DNA from: Podarcis tiliguerta
Taxonomy: Eukaryota
NCBI GenBank assembly: GCA_965153285.1
Contig: OZ229114.1
Strand: one strand, 5' to 3'
DNA length: 64,000 bases
Part shown: piece by piece, positions 37,471 through 50,934 of the stretch
How positions within the stretch are numbered: position 1 is the stretch's first letter
How the letters are laid out: each line of letters opens with the position of its first letter
The notes under the pieces: generated by a model
Seen by the model: the letters and a program-made list of their open reading frames with translations, nothing else
What the model was told of the DNA's origin: nothing
The model's database searches: none
Translations under genes and position numbers: made by a program

Positions 37471-40400
37471 GGACAAAAAGCAGCCTTTATAGATGAAAGT
37501 GGCTTCCCCTGTACTCCTCCCCTCCAATCTCTCTCATCCAGTCTTCTCATGGTGGTCCCTGGGAACATGGACTGAGGTGGGGGCAGCCATCTTTGCAAAG
37601 GGCACTACGCAGCCCGGCGGACGACACTCTCTCACTAGTGTCACACCCCTTGCATGTTTTCTGAGAAAACAAGACAGGGCAGAGGCCCCACCAATGCTTT
37701 GTCTCCTCAGAGTGGCTGCCATCTTCCTAGGAGCTTGCCTTTAACCAAGATGGCGGCTCCCGCTGGTAGTTGCTTGCTTGGTTAAAACTGATAACAGTTA
37801 CCCTGTGCCTGCTGGTTTGGCCTGTGACATGATTGCTTCCCTTCCCTCCTCCTCCTCCTGCTCCCCCAGCCCGACTGGACCGGGATTCACCTTGACCTTG
37901 TCTTACCAGTGTGTGTCTGAAGTTTGAACCCACCCGGTCTCTCAGCTCACTCCACCCAATAAACTCTACACTGTCTATAAGCACCTGCTTGCAGCTATAC
38001 TTGGGGCTTTGGGTGGGAATGCGGGGCCACAACTTATATCCAGAAGATCAATGTAGGCCAAGAATGAGGTGGTGCGAAGCTGTGTGCCAGTTTCCTTTTG
38101 TGAGAGACACGTGTGAACCTTCAGGGAGATGGGTAGCCATAACAACCGCAGGGCAAATGACTGCAGGCATTTGCATAGGACTTTGGCTACACACGAGGAG
38201 GCTTCAACTCCAAGGCCATGCCATTCTACTATTTAGTAGCTCAGTTGTTTGAGCTGTGGTGACTTCTTCCATATGCAAACAGCTCAACCAAAATCTTTAA
38301 GCCCTTGTAATTTCTATCACGATTGCAGAATCTGTGGTCCTCCAGATGTTGTTGGAGTCCTACTGGCCCAATATTCAGGGATGATGGGAGCTGTAATCTA
38401 ACAACAACTGATTTTTGTTAGATTATTCTAATGCATAACATGCACACAACAGAAGTGAGCAAAGCGCTCCATACCAAAGATTATTACAAGGCAAAGGTAA
38501 GGGCGTCACATGGAAAACAGGTTTCCAGCATGGCCAATGCCTATTATACTATGAACACCATAACTGTGAAGGGGATATGCATGCTTGTAAATATGCAATG
38601 CATATGTAAATAAAATGAATAAAAATGGGCATTACCCAGGGTGTCTTGATTGGCCATGATTTCTCCTTTGTGTTGATGGCTGTGCATTTCCCATTCTCAA
38701 GTTATTGTGCTCCTGCCTTAGACACACTGAAAAACATGGTTGCTACAAAAAGCATTCAGTAAAGGAAGCCTAGAAGGCTCGGGCAAGCGATTTGTGCCAC
38801 AAACCAGGAGGGGGAAAGGGAAAAGGCAGAAATCCATGTAGGTACCAATCAACCTGACTTGGTAGAAGATACCTTCACAAACCCTTGTGAGGGATCAAGC
38901 CATTATCCTTGGACTACAAATCTGGATGAGCCTATGTTAAAATATATTGCAAGAACTAGAACCCCCAAAGTTCTTCATTGGTTCAGATTAAAATCCAAGC
39001 CAGAGAAGGCCTAAAAATGTCCCGTGTTCCTGCCTCCCATCCATCACTGCCCCTTCATTTCCATGCTTTTGTTTGTGTGTGTGCTTCAGCAGTCAAAGGG
39101 AGAGGACAGTTGGCATGCTGTGTGCCAGATGCGAGAAGCACTGGAAAATGTAACTCCAGTAATCTATGCCAATAGTTCTGGGAAACTACATTTCCCAGTA
39201 CACCTTGGGTCTAACACAGAAACATAGCAGCATGCAGACAGTAAAGAGGGAAGGGGAGGAAGAGACCCCTCTCCCTTTCCCTGCTGTTGGAGGAGCAGCA
39301 AAGACACATGCAGAGGAACAAGGGGCTTGAGAGGGCATAGACAGGTGAATGGGTATGGGTTGCCATTGTGAGGGTTTGGATAATTTTTTGGATCTTGTCA
39401 TTTTTGGTCACAAGTGTGTCTGAAACAGGCTTGGAACTGAGTTCAACATCCCTCTTAACTATTTTCTGAATTAGGGGTGGGATAGTTCATTCCTGCTCCT
39501 CATTCCCTACCCAGCTCAATTCTAAACCTAACTGCAAAGTTCATTCATCACTACCAATGAGTGAGTGAGTGATTTTTTAAATTTTTTTGTTATTAAGGAG
39601 AGAAAAGAAACTCACACCTTTTGGGGAGGGTTAATTATTTCCTGACCACATTTGACTGTTCCTGAAACCTAAGATGATGCTTCTCATTCAACATCCTTCA
39701 TAAGTTTATCTGGCTCTCTTTTGACTAATGACATTACTCTTCCTGCTTCTAGAGATACAGTTTCAGAATTTCATTCCATACATCTTTGTCTCATTTGCAG
39801 CTTAAATATGCTTCTTGCGGAGAGAACAGATCCCTTTGCTATTTTTGCTCGTAGAATCCTAGGACTGGAAGGGGTCGTGTAGGCTGTCTTCTAATGTGGG
39901 GAGCCTGTGGCTTGCTCTCTGCTTAACTATAATTCCCATCATATCTAGCCATTGGCCATGGTTTTGGGGGCTGATGGGAGCTGCAGTTTAGCAGAATCCC
40001 CACACCTTACCTGATGCAGGAAATCTAAAATTACATCAAAATTACACCCAAAATCCCAACAGTCAGCCGTTCAGCCTCTGCTTAGAACATGTCTAGGGAA
40101 GGAGGACCCAATCCCCACTGGACATGATTAGTTCCATTGCCAAAGTTCTCTTAGCACTGAGAAGATTCTCCTAATGTTCAACCAAAATCTACCACCCAGT
40201 AATTTACGTCCATTAGGTCTACTTCTGTCCTCTGGAATGCAGAGCTTCAGCTTTAACAATTCTCTCTCCAATGTGATGTAGAATCAAATCCAAGATATCA
40301 TGACCTCTTGGGGCTCTCCTCTAGAGGATTCTGTTTCTTGAAGCTTTTATTTGTTTGCCTGTCACATCTCTGGCATTGTTGCCAGAATCCACATCTTCCT

Positions 40401-41019
40401 GATGGGAAATTCAGTTGGCCTTGCACTGCTGTGAAGCCTTTGTCCTCTTGAAAAGCAGAACTGCTTTTTCTCTGCAACAGTTTCACCTGTACAGAAGATG
40501 CTGATCGATTTGGCCAGACTAAGCCACAAAACAACATGCCTCAAAGTCTGGTGTCGCCAAGAGAAAGCACCATTGCTTAGCACATCATTTATTTGCTGCA
40601 TTTCATGAGGGTCAGAACAGCTTCCCTTTTATCCATGCACTGCGTGTTGCATTTCTGCTGAGGACTCATTCAGCTGTGAGTCCACAGGGCAATTTTGCAG
40701 GAGGGCGTGTACATAACTAATGATTCTATCCCACCCTAGTCTCTTCCTATGCCTGACCTTCGCCATCACTGTTATCCGTGAAACTAACACAAGAAACGTA
40801 GTAAATAAGAGGCAGAGAGGAGGCAGGGCAGCAAGAGCTCCACATCATGGCTGATTAAAAAATCCCCCACCTAGTCTTCTGCACAAGGTATGGGTTACTG
40901 CCCTAAAGACCACATTTGAAATACATCTTGGGCAGGAAGCTAAAAAGGCTGGATGCAATTGTTCAGGGATCATTTGAATCTGGGAAATCTTTATTTGCAG
41001 TGTGTGTAGAGAGTGGGAA

Positions 41020-41216
41020 GAATCACAGAATGGTAGAGTTGGAAGGAACCCAAGGGTCATCTAGTCCAACCCCCTGCAATGCAGGAATCTCAGCCAAAGC
41101 ATCCATGACAGATGACCATCTAACCTCTGCTTTTAAAAACCTCCAAGGAAGGAGAGTCCACCACCTCCCGAGGGAGACTGTTCCACTGTCGAACAGCTCT
41201 GACTATCAGAAAGTTT
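41020..41216 (-). mobile_element. CR1-type LINE 3' fragment
   Basis: GAATCACAGAATGGTAGAGTTGGAAGG...CTCCAAGGAAGGAGAGTCCACCACC; similar copy at 47373-47527. Confidence 0.7.
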
Positions 41217-42657
41217 TCTCCTTTCTTGTATCTTGAAGGCATTGGTTTGATGTGGGGCTCCAGATTCTGAACAGCTCATCTGGGTTCCAGTCCAGGTTGG
41301 AGACATCGGCCATTTGGTAGCTCATTAGGTGCCTTCCAGTTCCATGATTCTGTGCTTCCGGCCCCATTTTAAACCCTCAGAGGTCTTTGCTGCTGATTTA
41401 TATGGCCATATTTCTTAGAAAGGTAAGTCCTCAGATATGTCTAAAATTGAGAGAGAGAGAGAATTGACATACCACTATGCTGCTGATGGAGAAGCAGAAA
41501 TGCATGTAGATCCCATGATAGTTTGATTAGAAGCAGACCTCAGGGGATAAACAGTGGCAATACAATGTCCACATATATGCCGTGTGAGTCACATGTTCAC
41601 AAGTGTGGTGCCTGAATGAACCAGAAATGTGAGTGAACGTTGGTGTGCCACACAAGGGTGCTGATAAGCGTTGGTCACGTCACACCGTATCATTCTTTGC
41701 CATGTGCTCAAATGTGCATTTGGGTTTTAATGTGCCTCCGTAAGCTACGTGTCTGGATTGTGTGCCTTGCCTGGTTCTAGGGAACTGAACTCTTGAGGGG
41801 CTCTTGCTTTCTGTGCACCTGACCTAGCAGGGGCACTGAGATACCTACAGCTGGAGTAGAGGCTGGAATCCCGATCTGCCGCATCACCCCCTTGCTCTGT
41901 TGTGAAAGTCACATACTCTGGGCACCTGGGCTGTGGTTCCATAGAGCTTCCATTGATCAATTAATAAGTAGACATGTCACTTGGTCAGATAAGTTCGAGA
42001 GCACAACCTGAAGGAGTGACCAAGCCTTTTCTTGCTTCTTTGCTGCATCTCCAGATGGCAACAATCAGATAGGACACTGGTGCCCTCTGGAGGGGAAAAA
42101 GAAAGAATCAGCAGCCTATCATTGCAAGCTTCCGCACACCAGAATACAGTAGTGGACGTGGGGAAACACTACTTTCCCATGCTAAGCACTGATGCCTGGA
42201 TAGTCTCAGATCATCTGCTTGGAAATAGAGCACAGTTCATGCTCTTGATAAAACTGCTTCACTGTTCACTGGGTGCAAAATGGCTTTCCTCTGGATCTCT
42301 TTGGAGGCTTCACTTACCTGCTAAGTGGCTAAATATAGGGTGCCACCTGAGCCATCTGTCACAAAGGTTTGCTGTCCCAATGAGGTCTGCATAATTAGTT
42401 GCCATGGCCAGGTTTTCACCACCACCACCCCACCCCACCCAGCAATTTGGGGGTGGTGATGGTCATGGGAATTTTGGGCACTTTTTTACAAGGCTGACCC
42501 TGAGGGTATCAGGAATGGGGATCTAACCATGTTTTCGCCAGTGGTAATAGCTGTCTGAGAGGTGCCCATGAGGTCTCCTCATGAGATTGGAGACACATGT
42601 GTGAACAGGAACACTTAACCACTGCTGCGCTCACTATGATCCTTCCTCTCTGCCCAG

Positions 42658-42783
42658 ACATAAATGAGTGCACCTATGGCCTGCATAACTGCAGCCACGT
42701 CTGTGTCAACACACAGGGTGGGCATTCCTGCCAATGCCACCCTGGCTTCAAGACTGATCCCCAAGATGCCAACAAGTGCCTGG
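42658..42783 (+). CDS. CRTAC1: Extra cbEGF exon, putative alternative CRTAC1 exon 15 (DINECTYGLHNCSHVCVNTQGGHSCQCHPGFKTDPQDANKCL)
   Basis: Pyrimidine tract plus CCCAG, G|GTAAGT donor, 126 nt, phase 1-1 compatible with exon 14; six EGF-spaced Cys and D-I-N-E-C motif. Confidence 0.8.
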
Positions 42784-43247
42784 GTAAGTTTTTAAACTGT
42801 CTTTTATTAATATTTTAATCCTTTTTGTAAACCACTGCAAGCTTTTATTACAAACAAGTAGTATATACATTTTGGTGTGGGTTAGTGTGTGTGTGTGTTT
42901 TAAAAAATAGTAGCCAGTATCTGCTGAGCAGGCTAGCAGCTGTTGCTCCCAAAAGTCTGCAAGCAATGAGCCAGACCCCCCAGACCTTCCATGGTGGCAG
43001 GCATTGCCGTAGCATGTCCTCTTCTAGGTCTCTCTGAGGTGTTCCATGGCACAAAACTGTGGAAGAGCTGGGTCAGCGACTACCTCTTGCAATAGGGAGT
43101 AGGGTAACCGTTTCCTGCAGGCATCATTTTTTCAGCTGCAAGGAGTAGGCTCCAAGGAGCTGGTTTTCCTTGCTGCTGGGCACTCCATTGAAATCCCCGC
43201 TGGTACCTCCCGCTGGGTGAAATATGTCTCTTCCTTCTGTTTTTCAG

Positions 43248-43378
43248 ATGTAAATGAGTGCAGAGAAAGGCCGGCCCTGTGTGATCACATCTGCCACAAT
43301 GAGCCTGGCTCTTTCCATTGCCACTGCCAGCAAGGATTCTCCTTGGCGGTAGACAGGCGGCGCTGTGTGAAGAACTGA
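43248..43378 (+). CDS. CRTAC1: Terminal extra cbEGF exon, putative alternative CRTAC1 exon 16 ([43 protein letters not shown]); isoform about 692 aa
   Basis: TTTTCAG acceptor, phase 1, six EGF Cys, C-x-N-x4-F-x-C hydroxylation consensus, TGA stop. Confidence 0.8.
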
Positions 43379-43586
43379 TTCAGTGGCAATGGTGTTCCCC
43401 TGTGGGCGCTGCCAGCTGGAGTGCATGCCCGGCGTTAGTGGCTCATGCAATAGACAATGCCCAGCTTCCATATGGCAAAAAGGACAACTTCTCTCTCCCG
43501 AGTTAGTGATTCCACCTCCTCCAGGCGAACCCACTAGGACCTGTTTGGAGAACCGAATCACCCTTTCCTTGCTTTTCTTGAATAAT

Positions 43587-43592
43587 AATAAA
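43587..43592 (+). terminator. Polyadenylation signal for the EGF-tail isoform
   Basis: AATAAA about 210 nt after the stop. Confidence 0.55.
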
Positions 43593-43775
43593 GCTCTTTC
43601 CTGACTCTCGCAAAGAACTTCAGGGTTTATTTGCCCAGGTTTTGCCCAGGTATTACAATGCAACAAAGTTCAGAGAGTCCTGCTGTGGAGTCATCTTTGT
43701 AAGCCTGAGGACCAGGCAAAGCATTCTTGAGTTCAGCCCCAAATGACTTCCTAATGTAACAAATGCTACCTAGAG

Positions 43776-44697
43776 CAGTGGTGGCGAATCTATGGCACAT
43801 GCGCCAGAGGGGGCACTGAGAGCCCCCTCTGTGGGCATGTGTGCTGTCGCCCCAGCACAGAGCCAGCAGAAGGCGAGGGCAGCGCATAGAGTCCTCAGCT
43901 CAAATGGGGCAGCCGAGCAACCACCTTCTCCTGCCCAGTGCCAATGGGAGGTGCCGGGCGGGAGCCGGCAGGGGAGAATGGTATCGCCTCAAGAAGCCAC
44001 TTTGTTCCAGTGCCAGGTAGCCAGGCAGGGCCGCCTCTGCCCCGTCCTCATCGCCCTTCACCCAGCACCAGGGCTCCAGGCCCTGCCAGTCTTTCTGTGC
44101 CATGATCGCCTCCCACTTACTGGCATACTTCTTCACTGAGCTCAACCACAGCCAAGTGCATTGGGTGAGGGTGCACCAGGGCCACACCAGACACCCTGCA
44201 TAGGGGCCGGTCGGGGCTGGGTGAGGGAGCAGGGAAAAGACTCTTGAATTTATTTTCTCTAAAAGCTGCTCCGGCTGCTGCAGAAACAAGTATTTTATCC
44301 TAACAGAGAAGATGAGTAGCTCATAGAGAAGACAAACAAAGTCTCATGGTGGTGATGTCAAAACATATTAACTACGCTTACCTTCATGAAGGCAAACAAC
44401 GGTGCTGAGAATGGGTAATTGTTGGGTTAATGTACAGCAAAAAGATCTATATGCATCTTCTCTTTCAATGCAAAGGCTGAGAGAGCTTGCCTGGACTTCA
44501 CACAAATTCCCCAGATACAGTGCAATATGGTAACCAGGTACTTCTTTCTTCAGGGCTAAATAGGAGTCAGAGTAGTGACAGCTACTGCAGATTATGCACC
44601 AGTTCTGGTTAAATTGCCATGTTGGCACTTTGCGATAAATAAGTGGGTTTTGGGTTGCAGTTTGGGCACTCGGTCTCTAAAAGGTTCACCATCACTG
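43776..44697. mobile_element. Non-autonomous hAT-type DNA transposon (about 920 bp)
   Basis: Imperfect TIRs CAGTGGTGGCGAATC / GGTTCACCATCACTG; degenerate 8-bp TSD ACCTAGAG / AACTAGGG. Confidence 0.7.
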
Positions 44698-47600
44698 AAC
44701 TAGGGCTTTTGTGACAGGGCAGTCCTGCATAACACTGTGCAGAGTGTATGAGATGCCTTTCAGCAGTCAGAGCAGGTGGAATTTTATCGAGGGACCGTTC
44801 GGACAAAATTCCTATGTGACACTGACCTTGTGACAGGCTACTTATCACAATGTCACCATCATTCGCCTGGGAGACCAAGCTCAAGAAAACGATCTCCACT
44901 TGTTCCCTGGAAAACCCATTTTTTAAAAGGTTGAGCTGGAAAGGAAATTGGCTCTTGAATGTTAGTGCTGTGCTTAAATCCCAGCTTTAAATGCTACAAT
45001 CACTTTACTGCTTATTTTATAATCAGGCGAGTAATGACGCTTGAGCAACACACAACCAGGAAAAAATCTTCTCTTTGGGGAGGAGTCTCTCCTTGTTACT
45101 GATGGGAGCCAGAACTTCCAAGTCCTTTCTGGGCAGCTCTGGCATATTTCTGTAGTGAACGAGTTAATCAATAGATAAGGCCAGAAGCAGGTGATTTGCA
45201 GGATCTACTGCAGAGCAATCTATATTTAAAAATGTATGTTTGCTTAAATATGGATATATTTATTCAAATGCAGACAAGCCGAATGATCGCAAATGGAAAG
45301 GCACAACTTCTTGCTACAAACCCAGTCAGCGGTGGGTAGTTTATATAAGACGTTTTGATGTTCACATCATCTCGTATGCAGAACAATTCCTTGGGTATTA
45401 AAAAAAAAACACCTTTGTGCACTTTGTGACAGGTGAGTCTCCAGGGTGAATCCTTCAGGGAGTTATTATTGGGTAAACAAGCATCAGTTGCTGGGGAAGA
45501 GTCAGGGCCCTGGTTTGCAGCAGTGAATGGCAATGTTCCAAGCAGCCTAACAGTCTTCTTCATTTCCCACAATACTTTGCAGTGATGCTACACCAGTAAC
45601 GCCATAGGAAATTGGAATGGTGGTTGCTTAGTGGGTGGTGAGTGCATTTTATTTCTTCTAAGTGGAGCCCAGAACAGATGTCAGCAGTGGGTCCTGCCAG
45701 TGCCCAAGGATGGTGAGCGCTGACACCAACCCTGCAGGGACCAATAGCCCATTTTGGCTACTTGCCTGGTTTTGACCTGCTTCAGGCTGCCTGTCATTTT
45801 TACCAGCCCACTTAATCTCATCCCGCTACATCTCCCATGTTCATTTGGTTGATTGCCACTGTCTGCAGATGAAGAATCCAGCAGACCATGATATCAATGT
45901 TCCCCCCGCCCCCTTATCTTTCACCACCATGCAGCCCAGCTGCATGATTTATCACACCAGCAGTAAGTAGGGGGGTTGCGGTAGGAGCAGACAGAGGGTG
46001 GATAAGATGCAGGCGCTGAGCCCTAATATGGGTGTGGTAGTGGAATAGTCCCTAAAACTCCTGAGCCCCCCTGCAGGGGGTGGCTCATCATGAACGCAGC
46101 TGAGAAACAAATAGGAAACAGAGTTCCCTGTTCACTAGCCTTCACTAGCACAGAAACACAAGTTTACATCAGTCAAAGCTTTTATTGGACAGGCTCTGTG
46201 ACGGAGTGGGTTATGAAAGCAAGAGGGGTGTAGGACTCCCCGCCTTCTGGCTACAGTGGGGCTCCTATGTCCCCAGGTCACTGACAGTCAGAGGTGGCCT
46301 GCAGGGAGACAGGTTTGTCATTAGCTGCAACTGAGATGGTTTTACCTTAGAAAGAGTGAAAACTGATAAGAATAATGTAATTATCTCAATTTATAGCTAA
46401 TCTAGTACATTGGTATCAGAATCACTTCTGTCATTTCTCAGTCTTCTAGGCTTCCACCACAATTTTCCTACTTATTGCAGATGTTGGCTCTGTGATATAT
46501 ATATATGGAGCTGATTGTCAAGAGGCTTAAGGCTGGCAGTGAATCATCATGGAAGGTTAAGATAGTATTGCTAGATCTCCAGACCCCTATGCAGAAACTG
46601 TCACGGTGTCTGGAATGTTCAGTGATTATCGCACAAATAATTTGTGTTTGCTAATAGCAAAATCCATAATCCAGTTAAGCTCAAACACTTGGATCACCAT
46701 ATGAAACCTATGCCAGCCAACTGAGCTGAGGAGGTCTATGAAACAGGCAGCCTGGTCCACACCTCAGATCAGATTCAAGATGCTAATACCGTTTCAGTGA
46801 TGTCACATGATCTTACATCTCTAATTTAGCATTTTACAATCATCCTGAACATCAAATCCTGCACTGTGTTTACAAAATGACAGGGCCATTTGTTATCTTA
46901 TGTCAGCCCAAGCTTCCCAACTCATCTGTCACACACCCCTCCCTTTGACATGATTTGCTGGAGGGTGTAATGTATATTCAGAAATGTTTGGATTACATCA
47001 CAGTCAAGTGCATCAAAATTAGACACTGTGGTGCCACATTCATTCCTTTTCCCTAAAGACCTAGGGGTACACGACTCCCATAATTCCCTGCTTCTTCCAC
47101 AAACAACTCTGCAGCTAACACACACAGAGGCCAGCAATTGAGGGAAGCGATGGTTCCCAGGCCTGCTCACCTCTTATTGTGTTGAATTCCCAGGCAATGG
47201 ACCTTCATACCCACCTAATATCTGCCATCTTCTTCACTGTAGAATATTCCTCATCTAGGCATGCTTTGGACTGCAGAATACTTTCCCCCAGCTGATGGCA
47301 CTAAACACCACAGCATTAGCTCTGAAGACCTATGGGGAGGGGGAATAAAAAAGACAGAAGCTAAAGTCTCAAAGAATCAAGGACCATGGAGTTGGAAGGG
47401 ACCCTGAGGTTCAACCCCCTGCGATGCAGGAATATCTAGTAAAGCATCCATGACAGATGACCACCCAACATCTGCTTAAAAACCTGCAAGGAAGGAGAGT
47501 CCATCACTTTCCGGAGAGTCCATTCCACCCATAAAGACAGAGTCCAGCAGAAACTCCTGGCTAAGTTAGCAGGACTATACACAACCCCTTTGAGGCACCT

Positions 47601-48439
47601 GCCTGTGTTTGGTCACTTCCTTCAGATTCATACATGCAACACCACATGCCATTTTTTACACAAGCACACTCCAATGAGCTGTTACTGAATGGCGCTCCTT
47701 ACCCTAGCCTCTAGCCTCTGGTGCATGTGGAACTGCTCCATCAGTCTGGTCACCAGGTACATTGGTAGCTGCAGAAGAGCAGATCAGGCTATTGGGCTAT
47801 CTAAATCAGGTTTGGTCTTTCTAGGAGATAGAAAAGGATGATGCCTTCTGTGGAAGTTGATGGGAAATAAGGAAATAAAGCTGATGTGGAAGATAGGTAA
47901 AATAAGGCGATAGCAAGCGCAGCTCTCACTGACACAAGAGTCAATAAAACTAAAGAGTATCCATTTCCCAGAGGCAAAGGGTCTTGACCTTTCCGGCAGC
48001 TCATTTGTGTGATCTTCAGATGGATGGAAGAGATTCATAGGATGGATTCACACTTCCTTATATATCATTTGATAGTTCATCACTCACTGATATTACTTCA
48101 TGGCTCTCAGATAAATGTGTGAAAAATATTGTGCCCAGGGTTATATTAGATAGTTTGAATGTTCTGTCTGCTGTGGTTGATCTGTGAGGACTGTTTCACC
48201 CGTGGAAGTCATCACTTGATGTTACGTTCATCAAGGGATGAGTGGGCCTTTAATAGAACCACATTTTTAAAACACAACACAAAATAGTTATCCGTTCATA
48301 CTGTTCTGAACACAAACACAGCCTGTCATAGTTTGTACAGTTGATATGGATTTACAGCATTTATTGTGCAGTTTTTATTGCTGTGTTGGTCCTACAGAAA
48401 TAGAGGCACAGAATCAATAAGACCTTTTACTGGACCAAC

Positions 48440-49034
48440 TGTGGGATGTAAACACAGGAGCAGTCAATGACAACATTCCTAGAGTGTACATGTTAGAACA
48501 TGGGGAGGGATGTCTGTCCAGCAAGCAGGTAAACTTCCTGGGGATGGACTTCCTCCGCATGTGACCAGAGGTGGGTGTGGCCTCACCTGTGCAGGTAAAT
48601 GATAAAAGCACAGGGCAGGCAGCCATCTCTCTCTCTCTGCCATCTTCCTTCGATGAGGAAACATCTAAGGATGCTCTCTTGGCTCTCAGCCAAGAGAGGA
48701 CTAAGGGACTATCTTCCATAAGATAGATTCTGAGTGTATTTTACCTTTTTAAGTCTGTGTGCCTTCTGGGATCATATTGTGAACAGAACGTGAGTAAACT
48801 CTTTTATACTTTTATGAAGACTGTGTCGTGTCTTGTATTTTAAGAGGGAACAAAGGGGAAATCACCAGAGTAATTATTATAGAGGTTCTAGCGAACCTGT
48901 GCAAGCGTTACCGTTGCGAACTTAAAGGGGAATGTCTATGAACTCTGCTGATATTTTGGGAACTTGTTAGCACAAGTTGGATAAGGATATAATTAGTCAA
49001 TATATCCTCTCCTGCACCCCAGAACATTCCCACA
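48440..49034 (+). mobile_element. Solo LTR (595 bp)
   Basis: TGTGGGA...TCCCACA termini; perfect 5-bp TSD CCAAC (48435-48439 and 49035-49039); internal GATAAAA and AGTAAA. Confidence 0.85.
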
Positions 49035-49103
49035 CCAACAACCAGTGTCATGATGAATCACTGATCAAACAATAAAGGATATTGTTGCACCATATTCCAA
49101 GGA

Positions 49104-49220
49104 TCATAGAATTGTAGAGTTGAAAGGGACCACAAGAGACATATCATCCAATCACCTACAATGCAGAAATCTTGTGCCCAACATGGGGTTTGAACCCACG
49201 ACCTTGGGATCAAGAGTCTC
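49104..49220 (-). mobile_element. tRNA-Lys/CR1-tail SINE, second copy
   Basis: Reverse complement resembles 27177-27323. Confidence 0.65.
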
Positions 49221-50709
49221 TATTCTATTATGCCTTCTAATTGCTTGTGTAAACATGGTCCAACATGGTGGAAAAGAGATTCATCCATAGACTGGGCATT
49301 CAAAAGTAGAAATCTGTGGTTCTACATTATTGCTATTACTGTTATTTAAAATAATGTAAGGTTTTCCATGGAGACAATCCATGGTTATGGCAAGGACTTG
49401 GTGTACTGAATAAATAAATATTTTTAGTGCCAATGCCGAAATATGCAATCTATATAAATTATGCAAGTTGGGGGAATGTGTACACTTCTCTTATTTTGCA
49501 TAATTCATTCTTCAATTATTTATATTTTGCATAATTTATTCTGCCTTTGCTAGTCATGGGAAGGGCAAAGAACACGGAAGACTTGTTCCTCTGCTGCTGC
49601 TAAACTTATACAGCTACCTTTCCAGGTCCTGAGATTTCAGCAGATATTGCCCACGTTGCTTTTCATCACACCTTCACAGCCAAAAGGGCTAGAAGCTTCA
49701 TTTTTCAAAAACCACAAAAGCTGAGATTAACATGAAACATCCTGTTCTCAGTACAGAATTCTGTGCTCTTTTGGAATTTGATATATATATATATACTGTA
49801 TAGCCCTGGTTATGCCTCTTAAAATCCTTCACCACTTGAGGGTGCTGTGATATAAACATGAATTTCAGAAGACCTGCAGGGCTTGCAACCTCATGGTTAG
49901 AATATTTCAAGTAAAAAAAATATGAATTCACACATAGGTTTTCTCTGAATCGCTGCAATCCATGCCACAGTATTGGTCCCAGTCCCCATACCCCTGCATG
50001 CTACAGTTGGCCATGAATGAGCATCCCTATGCACACATACTCTGTGGTCAATGCTCCTAGATTTAATAATGCCAACTATCAGCTTTTGGGGGTGGAGGCA
50101 GAGCAAAGGGAAAGCTTGGATTAAGAATTCTGGCTCCCAGGCGAGTAGATCATTGGCCAAGCTGATCACCTGTCAGGGAAGTCTTGCACAAACTTGATCA
50201 AGCAAGAGCCACCAGGGACTACAGATGCTGGTGAAGTTCTCTTGAGCCACATCAGGCTCAGAAATGAACTCTGGGGGCTCATAAAAACCCACTTTAAATG
50301 AGAGGTGAGTGTTACAAGCCCCCAAACTCTTATCTGGCTTAGTTCACATGCTTTTCTGATATGTATTATTACACTGCTGTAAGTTCTGAATAACTGAGAT
50401 CTTGGTGAAGGCACAGAGTGGCTGGGGCCTAGCACAGCAGAAGATCCGCATCAGTTTTCCCCAATCGATGCCCTCAAGATGTTGCACTATAACTCCCATC
50501 ATTCCTGACCATTGGCCATGCTGGCTAGGGCTGATGGGAGTTGTAGTCCAGCAAGCAGTGGGCAGGGAAGGCCAGCCTACATAAGCCTTGACACCAAATG
50601 ATCCATGGAAAGCAAGTGAGGGCAATGCTAGGTTCACACTCCCGATTGACTGCCACTCCCAGGCCACCTAACACCAACTAGCCTGTGGAAAAGAGGCTTA
50701 AGGCAGTTA

Positions 50710-50934
50710 CAGTGGTACCTCGGGTTACATACGCTTCAGGTTACAGACTCCGTTAACCCAGAAATATTGCTTCAGGTTAAGAACTTGGCTTCAGGATGAG
50801 AACAGAAATCATGCTCCGGCAGCACAGCGGCGGCCAGAGGTCCCATTAGCTAAAGTGGTGTTCAGGTTAAGAACAGTTTCGGGTTAAGTGCGGACCTCCA
50901 GAACGAATTAAGTACTTAACCCGAGGTACCACTG
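50710..50934. mobile_element. Tc1/mariner (Tigger-like) MITE, complete
   Basis: 18-bp perfect TIRs CAGTGGTACCTCGGGTTA / TAACCCGAGGTACCACTG flanked by TA on both sides. Confidence 0.9.
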
